Shown piece by piece: positions 25,801-38,098 of a DNA stretch of 64,000 bases. The stretch spans positions 54,312,001-54,376,000 of the forward strand of contig OZ260661.1 of assembly GCA_965285935.1 (NCBI GenBank). The letters are read 5' to 3'. Each line of letters starts with the position of its first letter. Within the stretch, counting starts at the first letter, position 1. The notes below the pieces were generated by a model. It made no database searches. It was not told the origin of the DNA and saw nothing but the letters and a program-made list of their open reading frames with translations. The translations under genes were made by a program, and so were the position numbers. This DNA comes from Ophelia neglecta (lineage: Eukaryota).

Positions 25801-28800
25801 TCTTTGACCAATACAGGTTGCTTCTCTCCCTTACACGAAGCTCCGAGCTCACAACAATACCTATTGAAGGCTTCATTTGAATATTACAGATCGCTCTGAG
25901 CTGACAACAATCTCCATTGTAGGTTGTTTTTGACTGTGATAGCTAGCTCTGAGCTGACAACAATCGTCATTCACTTCTGTATTGGACCATTACAAGATGC
26001 TTCTTTCCCCAAAACGAAGCTCCAAGCTCACAACAATCCCTATTGAAGGCTTGTTAGGTAGCTCTGAGCTGACAACAGTCGTCATAGACTTTTGTCTTTG
26101 ACCAATACAGGTTGCTTCTCTCCCTTACACGAAGCTCCGAGCTCACAACAATACCTATTGAAGGCTTCATTTGAATATTACAGATCGCTCTGAGCTGACA
26201 ACAATCTCCATTGTAGGTTGTTTGTGACTGTGATAGCTAGCTCTGAGCTCACAACAATCGTCATTCACTTCTGTATTGCACCATTACAAGATGCTTCTCT
26301 CCCCAACACGAAGCTCCCAGCTCACAACAATCCCTATTGAAGGCTTGTTAGGTAGCTCTGAGCTGACAACAGTCGTCATACACTTTTGTCTTTGACCAAT
26401 ACAGGTTGCTTCTCTCCCTTACACGAAGCTCCGAGCTCACAACAATACCTATTGAAGGCTTCATTTGAATATTACAGATCGCTCTGAGCTGACAACAATC
26501 TCCATTGTAGGTTGTTTGTGACTGTGATAGCTAGCTCTGAGCTGACAACAATCGTCATTCACTTCTGTATTGGACCATTACAAGATGCTTCTATCCCCAA
26601 CACGAAGCTCCAAGCTCACAACAATCCCTATTGAAGGCTTCCTTCGACTATTGCAGGTTACTCTGAGTTGACAACAATCTCCATTGTAGGTTGTTTGTGA
26701 CTATGTTAGGTAGCTCTGAGCTGACAACAGTCGTCATAGACTTTTGCCTTTGACCAATACAGGTTGCTTCTCTCCCTTACACAAAGCTCCGAGCTCACAA
26801 CAATACCTATTGAAGGCTTCATTTGAATATTACAGATCGTTCTGAGCTGACAACAATCTCCATTGTAGGTTGTTTGTGACTGTGATAGCTAGCTCTGAGC
26901 TCACAACAATCGTCATTCACTTCTGTATTGCACCATTACAAGATGCTTCTCTCCCCAACACGAAGCTCCCAGCTCACAACAATCCCTATTGAAGGCTTGT
27001 TAGGTAGCTCTGAGCTGACAACAGTCGTCATACACTTTTGTCTTTGACCAATAGATCTACAGGTTGCTTCTCTCCCTTACACGAAGCTCCGAGCTCACAA
27101 CAATACCTATTGAAGGCTTCATTTGAATATTACAGATCGCTCTGAGCTGACAACAATCTCCATTGTAGGTTGTTTGTGACTGTGATAGCTAGCTCTGAGC
27201 TGACAACAATCGTCATTCACTTCTGTATTGGACCATTACAAGATGCTTCTCTCCCCAAAACGAAGCTCCAAGCTCACAACAATCCCTATTGAAGGCTTGT
27301 TAGGTAGCTCTGAGCTGACAACAGTCGTCATAGACTTTTGTCTTTGACCAATACAGGTTGCTTCTCTCCCTTAAACGAAGCTCCGAGCTCACAACAATAC
27401 TTAGTGAAGGCTTCATTTGAATATTACAGATCGCTCTGAGCTGACAACAATCTTCATTGTAGGTTGTTTGTGACTGTGAAAGCTAGCTCTGAGCTGACAA
27501 CAATCGTCATTCCCTTCTGTATTGGACCACTACAAGATGCTTCTCTCCCCAACACGAAGCTCCAAGCTCACAACAATCCCTATTGAAGGCTTCCTTTGAC
27601 TACTGCAGGTTACTCTGAGCTGACAACAATCTCCATTGTAGGTGGTTTGCGACTATGTTAGGTAGCTCTGAGCTGACAACAGTCGTCATACACTTTTGCC
27701 TTTGACCAATACAGGTTGCTTCTCTCCCTTACACAAAGCTCCGAGCTCACAACAATCCCTATTGAATGCTTCCTTTGACTATTACAGTTCGCTCTGAGCT
27801 GACAACAATCGCCATTGTAGGTTGTTTGTGACTATGAAAGGTAGCTCTGAGCTGACAACAGTCGTCATAGACTTTTGCCTTTGACCAATACAGGTTGCTT
27901 CTCTCCCTTACACAAAGCTCCGAGCTCACAACAATACCTATTGAAGGCTTCATTTGAATATTACAGATCGCTCTGAGCTGACAACAATCTTCATTGTAGG
28001 TTGTTTGTGACTGTGATAGCTAGCTCTGAGCTGACAACAATCGTCATTCCCTTCTGTATTGGACCATTACAAGATGCTTCTCTCCCCAACACGAAGCTCC
28101 AAGCTCACAACAATCCCTATTGAAGGCTTCCTTGGACTATTGCAGGTTACTCTGAGCTGACAACAATATCCATTGTAGGTTGTTTGTGACTATGTTAGGT
28201 AGCTCTGAGCTGACAACAGTCGTCGTACACTTTTGCCTTTGACCAATACAGGTTGCTTCTCTCCCTTACACAAAGCTACGAGCTCACAACAATCCCTATT
28301 GAATGCTTCCTTTGACTATTACAGTTCGCTCTGAGCTGACAACAATCGCCATTGTAGGTTGTTTGTGATAATGAAAGGTAGCTCTGAGCTGACAACAGTC
28401 GTCATTCACTTTTGTCTCCGACCAATACAGGTTGCTTCTCTCCCTTACACAAAGCTCCGAGCTCACAACAATACCTATTGAAGGCTTCATTTGAATATTA
28501 CAGATCGCTCTGAGCTGACAACAATCTCCATTGTAGGTTGTTTGTGACTGTTATAGCTAGCTCTGAGCTCACAACAATCGTCATTCACTTCTGTATTGCA
28601 CCATTACAAGATGCTTCTCTCCCCAACACGAATTAAGCTCCCAGCTCACAACAATCCCTATTGAAGGCTTGTTAGGTAGCTCTGAGCTGACAACAGTCGT
28701 CATACACTTTTGTCTTTGACCAATACAGGTTGCTTCTCTCCCTTACACGAAGCTCCGAGCTCACAACAATACCTATTGAAGGCTTCATTTGAATATTACA

Positions 28801-29720
28801 GATCGCTCTGAGCTGACAACAATCTCCATTGTAGGTTGTTTGTGACTGTGATAGCTAGCTCTGAGCTGACAACAATCGTCATTCACTTCTGTATTGGACC
28901 ATTACAAGATGCTTCTCTTCCCAACACGAAGCTCCAAGCTCACAACAATCCCTATTGAAGGCTTCCTTCGACTATTGCAGGTTACTCTGAGTTGGCAACA
29001 ATCTCCATTGTAGGTTGTTTGTGACTATGTTAGGTAGCTCTGAGCTGACAACAGTCGTCATAGACTTTTGCCTTTGACCAATACAGGTTGCTTCTCTCCC
29101 TTACACAAAGCTCCGAGCTCACAACAATACCTATTGAAGGCTTCATTTGAATATTACAGATCGCTCTGAGCTGACAACAATCTCCATTGTAGGTTGTTTG
29201 TGACTGTGATAGCTAGCTCTGAGCTCACAACAATCGTCATTCACTTCTGTATTGCACCATTACAAGATGCTTCTCTCCCCAACACGAAGCTCCAAGCTCA
29301 CAACAATCCCTATTGAAGGCTTGTTAGGTAGCTCTGAGCTGACAACAGTCGTCATACACTTTTGTCTTTGACCAATACAGGTTGCTTCTCTCCCTTAAAC
29401 GAAGCTCCGAGCTCACAACAATACTTAGTGAAGGCTTCATTTGAATATTACAGATCGCTCTGAGCTGACAACAATCTCTATTGTAGGTTGTTTGTGACTG
29501 TGATAGCTAGCTCTGAGCTCACAACAATCGTCATTCACTTCTGTATTGCACCATTACAAGATGTTTCTCTCCCCAACACGAAGCTCCAAGCTCACAACAA
29601 TCCCTATTGAAGGCTTCCTTTGACTATTGCAGGTTACTCTGAGCTGACAACAATCGCCATTGAATGCTGTCGTAGACAGCGATAAGTAGCTCGGAGCTGA
29701 CAACAATTCCTATTGAAGGT
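22862..29720 (+). repeat. Satellite array of about 6.9 kb: 179-bp monomer (53+73+53-bp subunits around CTCTGAGCTGACAACA/CTCCGAGCTCACAACA), 358-bp dimer, 294-bp deletion dimer, 882-bp higher-order repeat
   Basis: Monomer starts at 22862, 23041 and 23220 (179 apart). GAATATTAC anchors at 24703, 24997, 25291, 25585, 25879, 26173 and 26467 (294 apart), then 26825 (358). Diagnostic variants recur at 882 bp (CTTTCCCCAAAACG at 25121 and 26003). Confidence 0.97.
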
Positions 29721-30863
29721 TAATATAATCATTGTATAGGCTAATCTATACAGATCATGTTTAAATAAGCATATTTTATCTTATCTTTTATTCTCCTACT
29801 ATTCAAGAAATATCACAGAGTTACTGTGTTTAACATTTATCTTGCAGCCAATTGTTTTTTAAATCTGAGCTCAGAGCAGAATGACCATTGTTGTGAGCTC
29901 AGAGCTACCTATTATAGTCAAAAACTGCTGTAAGGCAGTGACAAATCTGAGGTCATGACCCCAAGTATGACCTTGAATGTTTCATACAGGTGTGACTTTA
30001 AGATAAGCTCGAATATGTTATAAACAGATACATTAAATAAACGTAATAAATACAAGAAAACTTAAGAAATATATGATACCGAGAGGGCCAAACCCGGCGG
30101 GGGGAGGGAGGGGGGTGGCACTTCATTTCATCTCGACACGGGTGTGCGACCGGCAACTTTACGCGCCTTAATACCCTTGCTTAGGCAAATTATACCCTTG
30201 CTAAGGAAAATATGACCCTTAATTGGAAGGCTAGAAATAGGAAGAAGTTTCGGAAATTACTTTAAAATTGATTGACGATGAAAGCTTAATTTATCACTAA
30301 GAAAATACTGAAATCAAGCATTTTTAGGGACTATATCTTAAAAGATGGAAAAAAACATTGCAAAATGGTTAAAATTAGACCTTGCTTAGGGAATTTCTCT
30401 GTAAGTTGGACCTGGCTTAGGGAACCTGAATTCCATGAAAAACCGGGTCTTTGCTTAGGGAAATTTTCCTCAAAAAAAGGCCTTGCCGTGCCGCACACTT
30501 GTGTATACCCGAGATAAGGAATGCATTGTAACTCAATATACCGTTTTCCGTGTCCCTGCACATAATTATATAGGCCTAGGCCTAGTGCCCATCAAAATCA
30601 TTGTTAGATTCTATAGACTAGACTAATAGGCCTGCATAGTTTCAAAGAAGAGAGGTGGGCGGTCTTTATAAACATTTCGCCTGGAATATTCAGTCCTGGG
30701 ACTCAGGTAGCGTTGACTTTGCTGTAATGTAAATATGTAGACAAGTTAGCTCGAATTTTTATCCCCGTGTACGCGTGTATGACGGTCCCCATTTTAGCAA
30801 CTTGGACATTTCTAAAGGCTTTAATACGATTTTTTTCTATACTTCTTGGTTAAAAACTTTGAG

Positions 30864-30877
30864 CCGCCAGGGGGCGC
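30864..30877 (+). promoter_or_regulatory. CTCF-consensus-like motif CCGCCAGGGGGCGC
   Basis: Matches the CCRSYAGRKGGCRS core. Sequence match only. Confidence 0.4.
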
Positions 30878-30956
30878 GAATTAGTGTTCTGAGCTCAGAG
30901 CGTTATGAACGGGGAGCGTCGTGAACCCGGAGGCATACTGGCAGGTACTGTTGAGT

Positions 30957-32945
30957 GTGACGAAACGACGGAGGTAGATTTGACGGAGCTATCTGCCCCC
31001 ATGTATAAGCGGCGGATCTGGCGGAGCTATCTGCGCAATGTATAAACACCTCCGTCAAATTAGTTGGCGGAGCTATCTGCGCCCATGTATAAGCGACAAC
31101 TGACTAAACCGCGGAGGTAGATCTAATATTAGTTACCATGTATATAAATGTATTGTAGGAGGACATAGCGGACATTATATAGGGCTTGGTGGGGGATATT
31201 TGGGGCTTGTACTGGCAAGGTTTCGTGCCTTTCTTTTAGCGAAAGTAGGGTTTATCATGAGGCTAAATGTTACTAGTATATTAAGGTACTGGAAAAAAGA
31301 TCACTTCCATTTTCAAAAACTAGGCTCTTAAGCTGCTATTTCTTAATATAATGTGTTCTGAATACACCAATTGTTAATTCTATAGTACTATTAATAGGGC
31401 ACTGCAAGGGGTTAATTTCGATACGCAATTCGGCCGTATTTGAAATTTCGATATGCGATACAGACCTTTTTTGTGTGAATTATAATGAAGTAGAACCAGC
31501 TAATAAACTGACACTGAACACAGATATGTAGCAAACTTATACAGTTCGTTATTCAGCAACACTTATAACTTGCAATTGGATGATCGCTTATTACTTGCAA
31601 TTGGGTAATGTGACACTTCCTAACATGAGTTTTTTTTTATAGTTTCAAAGTAAGTTAATACTTTATTATAGTGGCTAAATATATGCAATTTTTGTAGCAA
31701 TGGTCTAATTCCTAGCTAGAGTACTGATATAACACAACAGTAAAAGACCAGAAAGCAACCCATCGCCGATTTGACGACTCCCAAGTCACAAGTTAGAAGC
31801 AGCTAGGGCACAGCGAAGATATATAAGTAAGCACACTCTCAAATTTAATTAAGTTAAAGGCGTGACTTGGGGAAGTTTTGGAATATTGCTTAGTCCCATA
31901 TTTTGGAAAATATCTCACATTAAACTATATATAGCAACTGAGAGAAATTTTGAAAAGTGTCAAGCATATTACCCTATAACAATATAGAAACTTAACCCGT
32001 TACAATGATTGAAAATTATATTACATGAACTTATATCAATGTATAAACTTAAACAAATTTTGAAAATTATCTTATATCAACCTATAGATATCAATATAGC
32101 AACTGGGACAAATTTTGACCTCATCACTAAATACACTGGACTAATGTAGGCATGAAATTAGATAGTAGGTTCGGATCTAACCTTAGAGGGTTGGTACTTT
32201 AGGGTTGGTTTTAAGAGATGGCTTTGTCAGAATTCGAATGAACCAGAACTGTGTGCGCCATTTGAAAATAATCATGGAAGACTGACATGATTGGATTACT
32301 TAGGCCATTTTCACTAAAAATCTATCTACTTACTTTATAATTTTTCATGATATACTACATGGTTTATTAGCCTGGGGCAGTTTTGCATATAATTACTTGC
32401 AAAGTTTACATTCCTTTATGGATAGGTTTAGATTTTCTGAAGAAATATTCATGCAACCACTAAACAACCACTGGCTGCATCCACTGCACTGCACCATATC
32501 ATCAAACAATTCTGGCATATTGCAACAACAATACAAATCTATTGCCTTACCCAACCCCCCACACCATCTGTTATTTTCTCAACATAAGACATGGGGAACA
32601 ATAAAAAGCTTTTACTTTACTTTCAAAGCATTTTATCAAATGATGCCTTATATGTTTGGTGGTAAAGTTTACTCGGTTTTTAATTAAATAAGAGGCACGA
32701 AACCTTGCCAGTACATCCGCCAAATATCCCCCACCAAGCCCTATATACTGTCCGCTATATGGTCACTAATATTAGATCTACCTCCGCGGTTTAGTCAGTA
32801 GTCGCTTATACATGGGCGCAGATAGCTCCGCCAATTAATTTGACGGAGGTGCTTATACATTGCGCAGATAGCTCCGCCAGATCCGCCGCTTATACATGGG
32901 GGCAGATAGCTCCGTCAAATCTACCTCCGTCGTTTAGTCACTACC
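30957..32945. mobile_element. Non-autonomous long-TIR (Mutator/foldback-like) element, TIRs of about 250-270 bp
   Basis: 30957-31230 is the reverse complement of 32694-32941 (GTGACGAAACGACGGAGGTAG... / ...CTACCTCCGTCGTTTAGTCAC). The TIRs carry repeated GGAGCTATCTGC...ATGTATAA units. No TSD visible; the left tip appears altered. Confidence 0.85.
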
Positions 32946-34397
32946 GTTTTGGAGCATGGTTAGTTCCTGAGCTGAGTTTGTGTGTGGGAACGTGTCATTT
33001 TTCTTGTGCTATAATTACTGGCGACACAAGTTATTCCATGATTGATCAACATGGTGTCCGATTTTATGAGCCTAGATGCTTTTAGCAATTACCCCTAGTA
33101 GCCTGTGCACAAAGAAGTCATATGTTTGATGGGCGGTTTTTTGGCCAGAACAAAATAGGGTCGGGTCAAATCTTTGGGGTCAGGTCATTGCTGTCAGCCG
33201 TTGTCGGGTGATGTGGGTATCTCCCTCCATGTCTCGGATCGACTTCGTGTTGGCTTAGACTAAGTTCTGCAATTCTGTGACTGTTAACAGGTTAAAGGAA
33301 GAAGGTTGTTTTGTGAGTTAACTTTCACACGATCAATAGTGCTGGCGCAATGACATTGTTTTTGCATTAGGTAACAGATCGAATTTCTAGTTTTCCATCA
33401 GTTCATTACCCTGGGCTTTAGTACTGAGGGTTGGGGCTTCTGGACGATTCGTAACGCGTCTCAGTCGCCACAAGTTTTTGCCACAACATGTCAAGACGTT
33501 TGATTTGCCTTATGGAGAAACTTTAATTTAAATACTAAATGCATGTATATAGGCCTTTTTACGTAAATATTTACACTAGTGCTAAATCAAAAGACAATTC
33601 CCTGCATTAACATTGTTTTTAAAAAGTCAGTTTTATTATGTAGATAGCATATTAATTTGGCTCTAGGGGTCTACTTATTATTACCAAAAATGGGCAAATG
33701 CTTGACAAAAATTCATGACTAGAGGTCTTTTTGAGTGCTAGGCACGATTTACATGTGATTAGAACATTTATATTTTATACTATCTAAGCAACTTAAGCTA
33801 CAGACCCACTGAGTCATGGGTGGATGGAATAGGGGAATTAATTTTTCCGGATCGTTTGAATATGAATAAAACACTGTTCTGTTATTTTTAAAACACTTAA
33901 TAATTGTGTATGTAAATGACACTTTAAAAGTATATTGCTTACAGTATCAAGATAATAATTTAAAAAAGAAGAATATTATGGATGGCATTGCAAGTTAACA
34001 TGCACTAGTTTACAGAAAAAATCTTAGCCCTATGAGTAGTAAAGTACACAGCTATGTAGTCTGTTTTAGAGGGCATTGCGGAGATCATGACAATTAGTAG
34101 TTTTTGTACGTAAAAGATAATTCATTTAATGACCAATTTGCTGAGCCGTACTCACTCCACAGAGGAAATAATTTCCATGGTATACCGTCGATCCAACTAA
34201 GGGTTTATTAAAATGTGCACTGTGCAGGCTAATGCCCCACCCCCAGTGATATTTTTATTTCTGCCCCTCCCCCCACCCCCAATTCTATAAAATAAAATAA
34301 CCTGTACACTTAATAAAATAAATGTTGATTTACTAACTTTAAAATTTTCATTTCGGTACTTGCAGACAAACATTAGTGACCTCCTCCAGTGGTAACA

Positions 34398-37300
34398 ATG
34401 TTTGATATATGGACTGGGTGTATGGTTCTGACCATCGGCTATTTTATGCTGTATTACTACCAAAAGAGGAAAAGAGGAATATGCACAAGTCAAGCTGATT
34501 TGACTGGAAAAACAGTGATCATTACTGGTGCCAATGCAGGTATGTATTGTCCGCATCAAGCATTGATCCTAACAATTTGCTGTAACAATTTCAATTTCAG
34601 TGGCATTCCCGGCCACACACATTGTAACTATAAATGCCAAAGCACCGGATAATTCTGCAATGCAGGGTAGGGTATTCACACATTGATTCTAAAGAAAACC
34701 CTTTCCCTAGTCATAACTGAGAGAAAGGCCTAAGATTTCTGAAATTTAACTCACAGAACTTAAGATCCCAGTGTAAACATTGCATAAGGTTGTACATGTA
34801 TTCATCTACACCAATAACCGTTGAAAGTTCACAATATACTTGGTTAATGAGAACATGATTGTATTAAGAATAGACTTTATTGGATGCTGCTCCAGAGAAC
34901 AAGAGAAAATGCCTGAAAAAGTTGTCCTTGATCACGAATTCTTTGCTTAAAGTCAATTTTAATATAATAGCTAGCCTTGGAAAAGTTTATCATCAACTTA
35001 TTATATATGGCAAACAACATGTAGAAAGTTGTTTAAATGTGTTCTAAATGAACATGTACCGGTAAGTTGTAAGTACAAGAAATTCATACATTTAGGTATA
35101 GGCTATCATACTGCCATGGATCTTGCCACACGGAATGCCCGAGTGATCATGGCCTGTCGGAATGTGGCCAAGGGTGAACTCGCTCTTCAGAAAATCAGAG
35201 AAGAAACAGGGAACAGAAATTTGGTACTTTATGAAGTAGATGTTAGCTCATTGAGGTCAGTGAGGAACTTTGCAGAGGAGATCAATAAGAATGAAAGATG
35301 GATAGACATACTTATTAATAACGCAGGGTGCACAGGTATATGTACTTTATGATTATTCTCAGAAACTTGGAAAAGTTCACACTTCAATGTGCAGACTTAG
35401 TAATATTGACTGCCAAAGCCCAAATGTATTAGTTACAGTAAATGATTTTAGAAATATCAAATGCTGTGTCAGATTCTTCCAATTAATTGTGTTTATGTTT
35501 CCAGGGCTTCCATTCCAAAGGACTGATGAAGGATTTGAAACCATATTTGTGACAAACCATTTTGGCCCTTTCCTCCTGACCAATCTCCTACTTGGTCAGT
35601 TTTAATGCTTAAAAAACATACAGACACAAATGTAAACAGTGAATAATCCAAAGCTGTTTGAAAAGAGAAAGGCAGTTTAGATTTTGTAATGTTTTTAACT
35701 TGCTTTTTAACTTTTTTCTGATTTAACATGTAACACATTTCACCTGTACTTTAATACATTCACTTTATTAATAGGATGATATTTTTTATTGAAGCATACA
35801 GTAATTTTAATTTTAAATCCCTTTTTAAACCTATTGTCGCATATTAAGAGTTTTTATATGATATGTTTTACATGCAATTTTATTCCATTTACTATAGACT
35901 AGTTAAGTGTATGATATTTTTATTACATCACTTTTATTTCATTATTTTTCCTACTATTTTCATGTGTTACTTCAATTTTTGTGATATTTTTATTGAAGCA
36001 TGCAGTAATTTTAATTTTACTCCCTTTTAAAGGTTATCTTGGCATATTAAGAGTTTTCATATGACATATTTTACATGCAATTTTATTCCATTTACTATAG
36101 TTAAGTGTAAGATATTTTTATTAGATCACTTTTATTTCATTATTTTTCCTATATAATATACATGTGTTACTTCATTTTTTTTGTTTTTTTTTTCAGATAA
36201 AGTAAAGGCTTCTCCAGAGGGCAGGATTGTCTTTGTGTCTTCAATTGCACACAAGTGGGGCACTGCTTTAGACCCCAACAATATGAATTCTGAAAAGAAA
36301 TTTGATAAAGTTAACATTTATTTCCATAGTAAGATGGCAACTGTAATTACTGTTAGAGAATTGGCCAAAAAGTTAGAAGGAACCGGTAAGGTTTATTTAT
36401 CCCTCTCTCAGAACATATGTTAATATTAGGTACATTGCATATTTAAAAATATGGAATGACATCAACTTAACTGAACAGAAATACCTTGGAATAATTAATA
36501 TATAACATATATATTACTTTTATATCATATTTTGACAGCTTTAATGCTTTTAATAAAAAATAAATGTGTTATTGGGGGTGGGGGTCTACTTGTTTCCAGC
36601 CCACCCTTGATTTTAAAAAGGTAAAAAAAGGATTCTTTATGTGGAATAACCTGTGAATAACCAGTCCACCATATTAAATGTTAAAATTAGGAAGGCATTG
36701 AGTTTATAAGTGACATAGGAGCTGTAATCAGCCTGTTTAAATATACTACCTGTAGTATTACCAGTTGTATAGCATGTAGGTGTCCATATAAACATTAACA
36801 AGTTAACATGAACTGTGAATGGAACGCAGCAGATCAATGCAATATACTTTAATGTTTTAATAATATCAGATGATTTGATCTATACATGTATTATGTTTTC
36901 CTCAGGTGTGACAGTGAACTCCCTCCACCCAGGCTCAATCAGGACAGACCTCCTCCAGCATCTGGCATGGCCAATCAGAATGCTGCTCTACTTGGTTGGC
37001 TACCTCTTCTTCAGGGTAAGTCTTTCAAATTACACGTTCAGTCTGGTGCTACACAGATGAGATAATGATGAAGAGAAGTTTATCCGCCTGACATTTGGGC
37101 AACCAGAAATTATTGTTTAAGAATAAAAACCCATGGAATAAAGAATTAAATATGAAACTTTTGTTAATAAAAATAACTTTTAGGTAGAACAAATCAATAA
37201 GGTGGATAAGGATGACATCACTTGTCATGTGATTTTGTTGACAAAAAAACAATGGCTTCAGACAAGCCAGACACCATCTTGAACCCATAAGAAATATACA

Positions 37301-37897
37301 AACAAATATCTGTCTTGCGAATGTCGCAGAATTAGTAAATTAGACCAATAAAATAATATAAAATTAGCAAACACTTAAAGCTGGTGGCAGATGTTACAAT
37401 ATTTTGCACAGGAACAAAAAAAACTGAGCTTTTACTTGAATTTGTCTTTTGTTGACTTTTAAAAGCACTTCTTACTACAACTTTGGCAAAATCCTGAATA
37501 TATTTCGTTCACTTATGCCCCTTGTGTGTATTTATTCAAATTAATACTGTTCTAGTCATTCCACTTTGTCAAATGATTTTTCAAAAAACATATGAGTATT
37601 AACACATGAAAATTGATGGCCTTTTATTCTCCATTTGATGGATTTCTGCTATAACGGTTTTAAGAATGTTACATAATAAACTAAAACCACATGTTTGATC
37701 CTAAAAACCTTTTGTTTTGATAGACACCTGAAGAAGGGGCTCAGTGTACCATATACTGTGCAGTAGCAGAGGAATTGGAGGGTGTGACTGGTAAATACTT
37801 TGAGGAGTGCCATATCGCAGAGGAAGGAAAACTAGCCAGGGATGATGGTGTGTGTAAAAAGGTTTGGGAAGTGAGCGAAAACCTTGTTGGATTGTGA
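34398..37897 (+). CDS. Retinol dehydrogenase 11/12/13/14-like short-chain dehydrogenase/reductase
   Basis: Exons 34398-34539, 35096-35335, 35505-35594, 36197-36385, 36906-37015, 37724-37897. N-terminal hydrophobic anchor, TGANAGIG, NNAG, TNHFGPFLLTNLL, catalytic YFHSK, VNSLHPG, TPEEGAQCTIYCAV...GKYF. Confidence 0.93.
35778..36185 (+). repeat. Tandem duplication of about 205 bp in SDR intron 3
   Basis: GATATTTTT(T)ATTGAAGCAT...CATGTGTTACTTCA occurs at ~35778 and ~35983. Confidence 0.8.
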
Positions 37898-38098
37898 TGA
37901 AAATTTGATTTAAACCTGTGCAGACAGATATATTTTTTTTGATTTGATTTGAAATCAATTTATTAAAGGACGCCAGTAATGGCCGTAGCTGTAGACACTG
38001 GCCGCCCTATTGACACAGGAGCACAGACATACGAGTTACATATTCAAACATACAATCATATTTCTATACATAAATATTGGTGAGAAAAAAAATATATA

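Noticed and set aside
23202-28490. Three 64-aa minus-strand ORFs (MKPSIG...)
   Set aside because: By-products of satellite monomers; most units contain stops.
22862-29720. CRISPR-like appearance (short conserved core with 35-55-bp intervening sequences)
   Set aside because: The intervening sequences are themselves repeated periodically rather than unique, no cas genes are present, and the context is eukaryotic. It is a satellite.
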